A stretch of DNA of 64,000 nt, taken from contig DAOKZJ010000001.1 in assembly GCA_035325685.1 (NCBI GenBank), forward strand, positions 160 through 64,159. Direction: 5' to 3'. Shown piece after piece: positions 18,508 through 27,776 of the stretch. The notes below the pieces were generated by a model. The model was not told the origin of the DNA, did no database searches, and worked only from the letters and a program-made list of their open reading frames with translations. Within the stretch, counting starts at the first letter, position 1, and the number at the start of each line of letters is the position of its first letter. This stretch comes from Candidatus Moraniibacteriota bacterium (lineage in GTDB: Bacteria > Patescibacteriota > Minisyncoccia > Moranbacterales > GWC2-37-73). The position numbers were made by a program, and so were the translations under genes.

Positions 18508-19011
18508 ATGCCCAAAATGGACAAATTCAATCCCCAAAAACATGGCGGAGCATCGGCACTGGGAAGAAGGGAGATTTTAACGCTCCTCAACAAGGAAGCT
18601 GGCCTGTCCTTCGACATCTTGAAAATGGCCGTGATTGAAAAAGAGAATGGCCAAATAAGGGCTTTTGCCTTCATGGAACATTCCGATCTTTTTCTGAGGC
18701 GCTGCATGGATGCGGCAGCTCTTCTTGCCTGCGCCGTTTTTAATCCCCAGGCAACTTTGCGACCGCATATCCGTTGCTTTTTGACCTCTGCAACAGAAAA
18801 TAAAAACGTGCCGCCCGGAACTGACCTGGAAATAATCGCAAAGTCGTTGGAAAGCGCAGCTCCTATCCAAAAACGTTTCGGCGTGCAAGTTTTGCGCCGG
18901 GACACGGGCCAAGAAATAGCTCGAAGTCACGTGGAAGTGGATCCGTTCGCGTCGGCCACTTATTCGCCTTATGAAAAAATTGCCGGCAAAATAAGCCGCG
19001 GTCTAATCTGA
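18508..19011 (+). CDS. Hypothetical protein, possibly a divergent hotdog fold
   Basis: GAAAGGAG SD; helix plus VPPGTDLEI beta pattern reminiscent of FabZ/FabA. Confidence 0.65.
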   Translation: MPKMDKFNPQKHGGASALGRREILTLLNKEAGLSFDILKMAVIEKENGQIRAFAFMEHSDLFLRRCMDAAALLACAVFNPQATLRPHIRCFLTSATENKNVPPGTDLEIIAKSLESAAPIQKRFGVQVLRRDTGQEIARSHVEVDPFASATYSPYEKIAGKISRGLI

Positions 19012-19022
19012 AAGGAGAGCAC

Positions 19023-19361
19023 ATGAAGGAAAAAGTCAAAACCTGGGGAGAAATTGTAGCGATGTATCCGTCCAGCGAATACTTCGTCATGACTAGCAGG
19101 CTCACCCCTTTTCGGGGAAATCCCGAAGCTTTCCTGGACAAAGTCGTCTTGGAAAGATCCTTGCTTTCAGGGCATGGCATCGCCCGCCCCGTAAAGACAA
19201 TAAGCGACACCAAACACTTCCCCGTCGGACGCAGGTTCTACGGCACGAACATCATCAGCGGAATATTCTGCAAGCCGGGCGAGCACGCCGTTTTGGCTGT
19301 CCAGCTGCTCGACAGCAATAACCGCCCTCTGCGCACCCATATAACGGAGCTGCGCGCCTGA
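19023..19361 (+). CDS. Hypothetical protein (112 aa)
   Basis: AAAGGAG SD; terminator follows at 19361-19398. Confidence 0.68.
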   Translation: MKEKVKTWGEIVAMYPSSEYFVMTSRLTPFRGNPEAFLDKVVLERSLLSGHGIARPVKTISDTKHFPVGRRFYGTNIISGIFCKPGEHAVLAVQLLDSNNRPLRTHITELRA

Positions 19362-19426
19362 AAAAAATCCCCCACCGGAACACCGGCGGGGGATTTTCAT
19401 ATCATTCGAAAGTTTTTGCTATATGC

Positions 19427-19735
19427 TCAGGCTATCTTGCTGATTTCCACTTCCGTAAAAGACTGACGGTGACCGAATTTCACCTTATAACGTTTTTTGG
19501 GCTTATGCTTGATGCCCCAAACTTTGTTTGCACGATCCTGCTTGGTGATGACCGCCTCCACTTTTGCCCCGGAAACGAGCGGGGTTCCGACTCTCACCTC
19601 CTTTTCGTCCCCGACCAAAAGGACTTCTTCGAAAGAAATCTTTGCTCCTACTTCCCCTTCCAATTTTTCCACTTTGATCTTCTCCCCTTCGGAAACCTTG
19701 TATTGCTTGCCTCCGGTCTTGATAATAGCCAACAT
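19427..19735 (-). CDS. rplU: 50S ribosomal protein L21
   Basis: AIIKTGGKQYKV...GHRQ; promoter TTGACA-17-TAGAAT at 19797-19769. Confidence 0.98.
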   Translation of the reverse strand: MLAIIKTGGKQYKVSEGEKIKVEKLEGEVGAKISFEEVLLVGDEKEVRVGTPLVSGAKVEAVITKQDRANKVWGIKHKPKKRYKVKFGHRQSFTEVEISKIA

Positions 19736-19815
19736 TGCCGTAAAAATAAGGATAATTGTTACTGGATAATTCTATCCCAAAGGCCCCGTTCTGTCAACAT
19801 CGGAAGATGCTGCGC

Positions 19816-21669
19816 CTACTCCAGCACCGCCTTGATTCTCCGCACTCCCGCGCTGGAAGCCTCCTCTTTGACGATGCGGAATTTGCCCAAAACGCCGGTC
19901 CTTTCGGCGTGCGGTCCGCCGCATATTTCCCTGCTGTAAACCACTCCGCCCTTTTCGACGGTATAGACCGTCACTTTTTCGCCGTATTTGGCCTCAAAAA
20001 CACCCATGGCTCCCGACAGCCTGGCCTTGTCCAATTCCATCTCCTCAAAGCTTACAGGGGCGTCTGCGGCGATTGCAGCGTTCACATAGCTTTCCACGGC
20101 CTCTTTTTGCTCCTGGGTCATTTTTTCGCCATGGGCAAAATCAAACCTGAGTCTTTCCGGCGTGATATTGGAACCTTTTTGGATTACATGGTCGCCCAGA
20201 ACCTTGCGAAGTCCCGCCAGCATCAGATGAGCTGCGGTATGGAGCCTTTTGGTTTCCTCTCCGCTGTCTTGGAGCCCGCCTTTGAACATGCCGGCTGAGG
20301 CCGTACGGGAAAGCTCCTGATGTTTTTTAAGCTCCTGCTCGAAAGCTTTTTCGTCTACCAAGATCCCTTTTTCTTTGGCCAACTCCTTGGTCATTTCCAA
20401 AGGAAAGCCATATGTGGCATAAAGATCAAATGCTTCCTTGCCGCCCACCTCCTGCATCTTGCCAAAAAGCCGCATGCCGTTCTCCAGCGTTCTTGAAAAT
20501 TTTTGTTCTTCTTTGGTAAGTTCTTCCAAAATAACCGTGTTTTGGGTTACGAGCTCCCCGTAAAAATCACCGAATTGACTGATAGCCACAGCAGCCACCT
20601 GGGCGGTGAAATCCCCTTCAATCCCGAGGAGTTTGCCGTAGCGCACCGCCCGACGAATCAGGCGACGCAAAACATACCCCGCTCCGGTATTGGAAGGCGT
20701 GATTCCGTCGGCAATGATGAAGGACGCGGCTCTCACGTGATCGGCGATTATGCGGAAAGCCTTGGTTGATTCCGTGCTTTCGCTGTATTTTTTGCCGCAA
20801 AGCTCCGCGATTTTGGCAAAAATCAATTCGAATATTTCCGTTTCGAATACCGTCTTTTCACCTTCGAGCACCATGAGCGTCCGTTCCACGCCCATGCCGG
20901 TGTCCACATTGGGCTTGGCCAGCTTCTCGTATTTCCCTTCGGCGGTCTTATTGAACTCCATGAACACGTCGTTCCAAACTTCAATCAGCTTAAAACTGTC
21001 CACCAAGTCCCCGAATTTCCCTTCCAGGGGATTTTCGGCGCGCTCCTCGTCGCTTCTTACGTCATAGAACATTTCCGTATCTCCCCCGCAAGGACCGGTT
21101 GTTCCCGCAATCCAAAAATTATCCTCGATGCCTAGCGGAATTATCCGGACGTTTTCTTTGACAATCTCGTCATTCGCAGCCACCTCGGCCGCCATGCCCG
21201 CTTTGGCAAAAACTTCCTGCCAGATGGCGATGGCCTCCTCATCACGCGGAATATCCTCCCCGCCTTCATCCGAAGCGGGTTCCCCTTTAAAAACGGTTAC
21301 GTACAATCTGTTTTTGTCCAAACCGAGCCATTGGGGACTGGTCAGGAATTCAAAACTCCACTCTATCGCTTCTTTTTTGAAATAATCCCCGAAACTCCAA
21401 TTGCCCATCATCTCAAAGAAAGTAAGGTGGCGATTATCCCCCACATCCTCAATGTCTCCGGTGCGCACGCATTTTTGCACGTTAGCCACCCTCTTGCCCC
21501 CCGGGTGTTCCTGGCCCAAAAGGTAAGGCACCAAGGGGTGCATACCGGCTGTCGTAAAAAGCGTGGAGGCGTCCGTTTCCCGCGGAACAAGTGAAGCGGA
21601 GGGGATGATCGTATGCCCCTTGGAGGCGAAAAAATCCAGATATTTGCGGCGCAATTCGTTGGCATTCAT
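19816..21669 (-). CDS. alaS: Alanine--tRNA ligase (no C-Ala domain)
   Basis: TFFEMMGNWSFGDYFK, DTGMGVER, editing motifs HTAAH and CGGPH, ends GVRRIKAVLE. Confidence 0.98.
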   Translation of the reverse strand: MNANELRRKYLDFFASKGHTIIPSASLVPRETDASTLFTTAGMHPLVPYLLGQEHPGGKRVANVQKCVRTGDIEDVGDNRHLTFFEMMGNWSFGDYFKKEAIEWSFEFLTSPQWLGLDKNRLYVTVFKGEPASDEGGEDIPRDEEAIAIWQEVFAKAGMAAEVAANDEIVKENVRIIPLGIEDNFWIAGTTGPCGGDTEMFYDVRSDEERAENPLEGKFGDLVDSFKLIEVWNDVFMEFNKTAEGKYEKLAKPNVDTGMGVERTLMVLEGEKTVFETEIFELIFAKIAELCGKKYSESTESTKAFRIIADHVRAASFIIADGITPSNTGAGYVLRRLIRRAVRYGKLLGIEGDFTAQVAAVAISQFGDFYGELVTQNTVILEELTKEEQKFSRTLENGMRLFGKMQEVGGKEAFDLYATYGFPLEMTKELAKEKGILVDEKAFEQELKKHQELSRTASAGMFKGGLQDSGEETKRLHTAAHLMLAGLRKVLGDHVIQKGSNITPERLRFDFAHGEKMTQEQKEAVESYVNAAIAADAPVSFEEMELDKARLSGAMGVFEAKYGEKVTVYTVEKGGVVYSREICGGPHAERTGVLGKFRIVKEEASSAGVRRIKAVLE

Positions 21670-21759
21670 AAAAATCAATTTGAAAATTAAAGGATGGTCT
21701 TTGGAATTTGGAATTTTTATCAAAACCCCTGTTGCATGTTATAAATTGTCGCTGCCTTC

Positions 21760-22023
21760 CTAAAGCAACTGCACTTCTCGCTTGAGTCGGCGCATTTCGT
21801 TGGCCAAAGCTATCTGCGCGGCACCGATTCTGGCCATATCTCCTTCGGCCTTTTTGATATCCATTTCAAGCTGAATCTTTTTGCGCTTCAACTCACGAAT
21901 CATTCCTTCCAGCTCCGTCTTTTTGCGTTCATTCTTGCGATATTCCGATTCGCGCAAAATAGCCTCCATCTGCAGCGAGCGCTTCTTAGCTTCTTTTTGC
22001 GGATCGCGGGTTCTGCTTTGCAT
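21760..22023 (-). CDS. Hypothetical coiled-coil protein
   Basis: Heptad-rich ORF co-oriented between mnmA and alaS. Confidence 0.65.
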   Translation of the reverse strand: MQSRTRDPQKEAKKRSLQMEAILRESEYRKNERKKTELEGMIRELKRKKIQLEMDIKKAEGDMARIGAAQIALANEMRRLKREVQLL

Positions 22024-22066
22024 ACTTTTTCTGAACAAATATTAAGGTCTAACGAGGCTTAGCAAA

Positions 22067-23164
22067 TCATAATGCTTCCTCTATGCTTCCGCCGCCGTAT
22101 ATCTCTCCGTCCTCGCCATAAAAAACCGCGCTCTGCCCAATGGTCACCGCGCGCTGCGGCTCTGAAAATCTAACTTCATACACATCATCCCCTTCTGCGC
22201 GCTCCACCAAACATGCCACGTTCGGATGCCGGTAACGGATCTTTACAAGGGCTTTCAGCGGCAACTTGGGTTCAAAGGCAACCCAGTTGGTCATTTTCAC
22301 TTTCATTCCCTTGCGCAAAATGAGCGGATCGCTTTCATTGTTTGTAACCACCAGCGCATTCGCGCCGAAATCGCGGTCAACCACGTAATACGGACCCGTA
22401 CCGCCGATATTTATGCCTTTGCGCTGGCCTATCGTATAAAGCTCCAACCCCTGATGCTCTCCCAGAACTTTGCCGGCCGTGTCTATTATTTTGCCTGGCG
22501 TGAGTTGCAAGTTGCGCTTCAGAAATTCTGTCGGATATTTTTCCGGCGTAAAGCAAAGACCCTGGGAATCATCCTTGTCGAAAACTGGCAGGTTGAATTC
22601 CTGGGCCATTTCCCGCACCCTGGCCTTGTCGTAACCGCCCACCGGAAAAAGGACTTTTTCCAGCTGGCCCTGCGTCAAATTGTACAAAAAGTAAGTTTGG
22701 TCCTTTTCGTCATCGATCGAAGTATAAAGATGTTTTCTGCCGCCCTTTTCGCGCACTGTCGCATAGTGGCCCGTAGCCACATAGTCAGCGTCCATCTCCA
22801 GCATTTTGCGCATAAGCACCTGGAACTTGATGCGCTGATTGCAAACCACGCAAGGATTGGGCGTGCGCCCGTTCTTGGTCCCTTCCAGATATGCATCCAC
22901 CACTTCGCGTTTAAATTCCGCAGCCACATTCGCCGTGTAAAGCGGGATGTCCAGAATATGCGCAACCGTACGCGCGTCTTGTTGCGATTCCAAAGAGCAG
23001 CATTTATTTTCCCTCAATTCGTCTTGACCCGGCTCTTTCCAAAAATGCATGAACACGCCGATAACTTCGTATCCTTGCTTTTTGAGCAAAGCGGCGGCCA
23101 CCGACGAATCCACGCCGGCGCTCATCCCCAAAACCACTCTTTTTTTCCTAATTTCTTTCTTCAT
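22067..23164 (-). CDS. mnmA: tRNA 2-thiouridylase MnmA
   Basis: MSAGVDS PP-loop, PNPCVVCN, ATGHY, KDQTYFL, SQGLCF, TIGQRKG. Confidence 0.97.
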   Translation of the reverse strand: MKKEIRKKRVVLGMSAGVDSSVAAALLKKQGYEVIGVFMHFWKEPGQDELRENKCCSLESQQDARTVAHILDIPLYTANVAAEFKREVVDAYLEGTKNGRTPNPCVVCNQRIKFQVLMRKMLEMDADYVATGHYATVREKGGRKHLYTSIDDEKDQTYFLYNLTQGQLEKVLFPVGGYDKARVREMAQEFNLPVFDKDDSQGLCFTPEKYPTEFLKRNLQLTPGKIIDTAGKVLGEHQGLELYTIGQRKGINIGGTGPYYVVDRDFGANALVVTNNESDPLILRKGMKVKMTNWVAFEPKLPLKALVKIRYRHPNVACLVERAEGDDVYEVRFSEPQRAVTIGQSAVFYGEDGEIYGGGSIEEAL

Positions 23165-23252
23165 ATGATATCCATGATATCAGCAAAAAAAGGCTTTGTA
23201 AACAAAAAGCTAAGCTTTAAACACGCTTTAAAGCTTAGCTTTGAAAAGAAAT

Positions 23253-25163
23253 TTAGTCCTTGCGCATCGAGCCGATCATGGAACGAATGTCCTCCAAATT
23301 GGATTCCACTTTTTTGCGTGTCGGTTCAAACTTCTTGGGACCCAGTCCGCTGAGCGAAGAAAGCGACATTGGTTTTTCTTCCGGGGCGATGACCTTGCGC
23401 TCTACCTGGCGCACGGACTTAGCCGGCGCGGATTGGATTGGCCGCTGGCGCATTTCAGGACCTTTGGGCGCAAAAGGCTTTCTGCCGATAGGCTTGGATG
23501 CGGCGTTCATTCCTTGCCGAAAGTCGTTCCGCCCGGAAGGCGCGCTTTGCGAAGCCGGTCTGGCAGCCGCCTGAACCGGTACGATTTTGTCCTGAATTAA
23601 GGGCTTGCCCATGGCAGCAAAACGCTCTTCCTTGAGCTTGGCTTTGGCTTGCATTCTTTGGAAATCCTTAAGGCAATCCTTGCAGAAAGTGGGTCTTTTG
23701 CCGTCCGGCTTGAAAGGCACTTTTATCTGGTCGCCGCATGTTTCACACAGCGCATCAAAAAGTTCCTTTTCTTCTTTGGGCGGATCAGCCGGAGCGGGAT
23801 TTGCGGAAAAATCCTCACTCGACGCAACTTGGCTCGCCTGGATCGATACTCCCGCACCGCCGCTTTGTACCGGAGCGGAAACGGGCGGCATCATTCCAGC
23901 CCAACGCGCAATCTTTTCTTCCACTTCCGCGCGAGGCGATCCATAGCGTTCGCGCGACACGGCTATCACCTTCTCCTCATTTTCCTTGGTGTCATCTATA
24001 TAGATCGGCGGCAATGTGGTGGCCGAAAAAGCGTCTCCGGCGATACCGTCGATCATCAGCTTGAGATATATGTTGTATTTGGGCAGATTGACGATATCGT
24101 TCTGCATGAAAACGGGCGCAAATTCCTTTTCCAAAAATTCCGCATCCATCGCGCCCACCCGAAACGAAATGATGGAACCCACGTTGCCAAAGATGGCATT
24201 GCGCACCGTTTCGGCGATCTGCTCGACGTACTGGTTGGCCAAAATAAGGTTAAGCCGGTATTTGCGCGCTTCCGAAAGGATGTTGGCAAAAGATTCGGTC
24301 GAGAAATTTTGAAACTCGTCCACGTACAGGTAAAAATCCTTGCGCGTTTCCTCCGGAATGTCCACGCGACCCATCGCCGCCAGCTGAATCTTAGTGATCA
24401 TCATGGCGCCAAGCAACGCGCTGGCATCCTCCCCGATTCTTCCTTTGGAGAGGTTCATGATCAAAATCTTGCGCTCATCCATGATGGTACGCACATCAAA
24501 AGAAGATTGGGGTTGTCCCACGATATTGCGGATAAGCGAATTGGACAAAAACTGCCCCACTTTATTTTGAATCGGAGAAACCACTTCTTGGAGCACTTTG
24601 TCGCTCCACTTGGGAAACTCATCCACCCAGAACTGGCGGATGACCGGATCGGTAATCCTTTCCACCACCTTGTCGCGGTATTTTTTATCCACCAAGATGC
24701 GGGTCACGCCCAAGAGCGTACTGCCCGGATATTCCAAAAGACCCATAATGGCGTTGCGCAAGATATATTCCAATCGCGGCCCCCATGAATCCGCCCAGAT
24801 CTTTTTAAACACCCCGACCAAACCGGAAGCCACCAAGTGGCGATATTCCGGATCGATCGATTCCATCGCGTTAAATGCAATCGGAAAGCCTTGGTCAGCC
24901 GGATTGAAATAAATGACATCATTGATGCGTTCGGACGGAATGGCTTTGAGCAGCTTTTCGGCGGTGTCGCCGTGCGGATCGATGTAACAAACCCCGTGTC
25001 CGTTGCGGATATCTTGGACGGCCATGTTTTCGAGCAAATTAGTTTTGCCCATGCCGGTCTTTCCAATGATATACATGTGCCTCCTGCGGTCGTCCGTCTT
25101 GATACCAAACACCCTCTCCTGGTTGCGGAAATTTGTTTTGGCAAAAAAAGTGATTTCATCCAT
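23253..25163 (-). CDS. TraG/VirB4/HerA-superfamily ATPase with a C-terminal CxxC-x17-CxxC zinc module
   Basis: HMYIIGKTGMGKT Walker A, YIDPHGD, LYVDEFQNF Walker B, SEARKY; CETC...VPFKP...RPTFCKDC. Confidence 0.9.
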   Translation of the reverse strand: MDEITFFAKTNFRNQERVFGIKTDDRRRHMYIIGKTGMGKTNLLENMAVQDIRNGHGVCYIDPHGDTAEKLLKAIPSERINDVIYFNPADQGFPIAFNAMESIDPEYRHLVASGLVGVFKKIWADSWGPRLEYILRNAIMGLLEYPGSTLLGVTRILVDKKYRDKVVERITDPVIRQFWVDEFPKWSDKVLQEVVSPIQNKVGQFLSNSLIRNIVGQPQSSFDVRTIMDERKILIMNLSKGRIGEDASALLGAMMITKIQLAAMGRVDIPEETRKDFYLYVDEFQNFSTESFANILSEARKYRLNLILANQYVEQIAETVRNAIFGNVGSIISFRVGAMDAEFLEKEFAPVFMQNDIVNLPKYNIYLKLMIDGIAGDAFSATTLPPIYIDDTKENEEKVIAVSRERYGSPRAEVEEKIARWAGMMPPVSAPVQSGGAGVSIQASQVASSEDFSANPAPADPPKEEKELFDALCETCGDQIKVPFKPDGKRPTFCKDCLKDFQRMQAKAKLKEERFAAMGKPLIQDKIVPVQAAARPASQSAPSGRNDFRQGMNAASKPIGRKPFAPKGPEMRQRPIQSAPAKSVRQVERKVIAPEEKPMSLSSLSGLGPKKFEPTRKKVESNLEDIRSMIGSMRKD

Positions 25164-25185
25164 AAAAAGTTTTTTCTCCTTGCTT

Positions 25186-25220
25186 CCCTCCCCTTTTTAA
25201 GGAGAGAGCCAGGGTGAGGT
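25186..25220. repeat. Degenerate REP-like palindromic element
   Basis: ccctcccctttttaaggagagagccagggtgaggt; imperfect hairpin plus a GGGTGAGG tail; single copy in the window. Confidence 0.5.
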
Positions 25221-25231
25221 TTTTCCCTTTT

Positions 25232-26524
25232 TTATTCAATAGGCAAATTGGCTGGCGCGCCACTGCGACGAGCTTCCACGCGCGTCACCGAAGGAGCGAC
25301 CACTTGCATATCCGGCAAATGAAAAACCGTGGCCAATTCTTCCGTGTTGAGCGCAAATGTTTTGCCCGCGTCACTGCGACTGCGATAACGACCTAAGATC
25401 TTGCGCTGGCGAAAACGCAAGCGCGGCTTGATGAATACGAAGTTGGCGAAAGTCTTGGAATCGTTATCCGGCTTGAACCCATTGAGGTTGTCGTCATTGA
25501 ATTGCTTGATTCCTCCGATAAAGGAACTGACGAAAGTTTTGTCAAATCCCTGCTTGCGCCCAATAAGAATCATGCGCATCTTCACATCATAAAATATCTT
25601 GCCCAAGCTGTCCTCCACGGCTTTGAGCACGTCCCTTTCCACGGGAGAAAGACGAAATTCCAAGGGCTGATCTTCTTTTTTGCTTTTTTCAGTAAGTTTC
25701 ACCTCGCCCTTGAGCGCTCCGATACTGAATGCGTTAAAAATGACGTCCTTAAGATCCGTCCAGACTTTGCTTAAAAAGCTTTCCTCCTCCACGACTTTTC
25801 CTTTAAGCTTATCCGCCGCTTTTCGGCCCTCTTTCGCCGCCCACGCTGGCGAAAGAGGGGTGATCACATACTGAAGCCAGATTTTTTGGCCCGGCGGAAG
25901 TTTGCCCATCGCTTCCACCAATCCGGACAGGGGATCGATCATCTTGCCGGTAACCGATTCTTCAAACCTGTCGTAAGTGCGGATCGGAAAAGCGTCTGCC
26001 TTGGTCAATTCAAAATCGGTACCCCAAAGATCCCACTGCTTGTTGGGCACAACCTTGGGCACGTCATTGACGTAATCCTCCGCTTCGCGCACTTCCACAT
26101 CCGGATATTGCGCGTAAAGATGCGCTTCCACCAAGTGGCGGTATTTGCGCAGCGTACGGATATAAAAGTGTACCTGTCCGCCGTCACTGACCAATTCCAA
26201 ACTGAAAGAGTCTGCAAACATGCCCTGGACATATATTTCCGTAGGCAAAAATCCTTTTTCCACCCCCGCCATGCCGGCAAAAAGCGCCTCCATCGGCTTG
26301 GGACTTTTTTCAATATCCTTGGGCGGAATTATTTCCAAAAGCATCCAATCCAAACTAAGCCAATACTGTACCCTTATATGATACAGCCAGAAAATCATAA
26401 AAATGGGAAAAAGCATCGCCGGTAAAGCGACGTACCACGCGTAAGAAAACACGTGCAAAGTCTGCGACAGCGAAGTTCCCAAATTAACTGCTGCTTGGCT
26501 GAATGCCTGTTGGACAAGTTCCAT
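25232..26524 (-). CDS. Conserved hypothetical single-pass membrane protein, probable ATPase partner
   Basis: N-terminal TM then LLEIIPPK...ME, FSLELVS...VHFYIR, YAQYPDVEV, LNTEELATVFHLP. Confidence 0.8.
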   Translation of the reverse strand: MELVQQAFSQAAVNLGTSLSQTLHVFSYAWYVALPAMLFPIFMIFWLYHIRVQYWLSLDWMLLEIIPPKDIEKSPKPMEALFAGMAGVEKGFLPTEIYVQGMFADSFSLELVSDGGQVHFYIRTLRKYRHLVEAHLYAQYPDVEVREAEDYVNDVPKVVPNKQWDLWGTDFELTKADAFPIRTYDRFEESVTGKMIDPLSGLVEAMGKLPPGQKIWLQYVITPLSPAWAAKEGRKAADKLKGKVVEEESFLSKVWTDLKDVIFNAFSIGALKGEVKLTEKSKKEDQPLEFRLSPVERDVLKAVEDSLGKIFYDVKMRMILIGRKQGFDKTFVSSFIGGIKQFNDDNLNGFKPDNDSKTFANFVFIKPRLRFRQRKILGRYRSRSDAGKTFALNTEELATVFHLPDMQVVAPSVTRVEARRSGAPANLPIE

Positions 26525-26575
26525 GTGCCTATTTCGCCCGAGAAACGCCCGGGCGGCCTTTTTGCAAAAGGTGCC

Positions 26576-27628
26576 CTATTTGCCGAGCGTATAATGGCCG
26601 GCGGCGTTCTTGCGGAAAAAATTGTTCAGATTTATAACTACCGTGGACTTTTTCACTTGGCGTACTTTCAACACTTCTTCGATCACCTGGTCGCGACTGA
26701 GTCCCTTGGGATTCTTTTTGAGAATATCTTCAATGACATCCTTGACCGTTCCGGTTTTATACCCCCATTCACTCAGAGCGTATATGCCGCGTCCGACCAG
26801 CACGAAATTGTCATCCTTGATCAGTTCATTATGCACGGTTTGCGGATGAGTGGCGCGCTTGCCCAATTTAAAACTGTCTATGCGCTTGGCTATCTCGCGG
26901 AAATGAAGCGGCTCCTTGGCCTCCTTGAGTATCAAATATGCCCTCTCGCGGGTCCCCTTGGGAGTAACTTCCTTCCACCTGCTAAGACCCCACTTACCGA
27001 AGGTGTTACTCTTTATATCTTCAGCCGCCCCCAAAAAATTCCTGATGGATTTTTCCGTGGCCACACCCTTACCCAAAGATGCCACCATCTTGGAAACAAG
27101 CTCGGCCTCTTCCAGGGGACGCTCTTCTTTTTCCAAAACCGCCCGCGCCGCCGCATGCACTCTCTCCCAATCCTTAAGCTCGAAAGAATTCAAGGCGTAA
27201 GAATATTTGAGCTTCCCTCTTATTTCCACGCCCTTGACGTCGCTAAGACATTCCAGAAAAAACCGCGCCGCGCCGGCCTCTTTGGAATCATTGGCGCCGA
27301 GGGCCGCGATGAGCGACTCTTCATCCATTATACCATCATGTGCCGAAACTTCATAGCGGATAGCCTCCCTTACCGGTGCCAGCGCTTCTTCGTCTTTAAT
27401 TTGGGACACCTTGCGACATATTTCGCGAATAATCTGACGGATACGTTCGCGTGTCACGCCGTATTTGTTGCCGATTTCTTCGAGCGTAAGCATCTTGGCT
27501 TTGCCGATGCCGTAACGCGATCTGACTATTTCGCCGCTCCGCTCGGGAAAGTGTACCGACAACGCTTCCAGCGCTGCCAGAAAACTCACTTTTTTTTCGA
27601 ATTTTTCGCCACCTTGGGTGTTTTTCAT
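26576..27628 (-). CDS. Sigma70 region-4 HTH plus HARE-HTH (RNAP delta-like) protein
   Basis: TLEEIGNKYGVTRERIRQI; PLHFREIA...HPQTVHNELI...FVLVGRGIYALSEW. Confidence 0.85.
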   Translation of the reverse strand: MKNTQGGEKFEKKVSFLAALEALSVHFPERSGEIVRSRYGIGKAKMLTLEEIGNKYGVTRERIRQIIREICRKVSQIKDEEALAPVREAIRYEVSAHDGIMDEESLIAALGANDSKEAGAARFFLECLSDVKGVEIRGKLKYSYALNSFELKDWERVHAAARAVLEKEERPLEEAELVSKMVASLGKGVATEKSIRNFLGAAEDIKSNTFGKWGLSRWKEVTPKGTRERAYLILKEAKEPLHFREIAKRIDSFKLGKRATHPQTVHNELIKDDNFVLVGRGIYALSEWGYKTGTVKDVIEDILKKNPKGLSRDQVIEEVLKVRQVKKSTVVINLNNFFRKNAAGHYTLGK

Positions 27629-27776
27629 ATATTTGCCTTAAGAAAATATGGATTATCGCATTCACATTATACTAACATATATTATAATTTTGTCAATGAT
27701 TTATTTCCTTATCCCAAAAAACGACTTATTCCCCCATGAATAAGTCGTTTTTGCTTTTTTGCGAAGATTTCGCCGT

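Noticed and set aside
19816-21669. alaS (and hrcA) as truncated pseudogenes
   Set aside because: Catalytic and editing motifs are intact and the ends are clean; short forms are known in reduced genomes
876-22069. UGA recoding (code 25)
   Set aside because: dnaJ and mnmA end at TGA at their expected lengths, and conserved genes have no internal TGA
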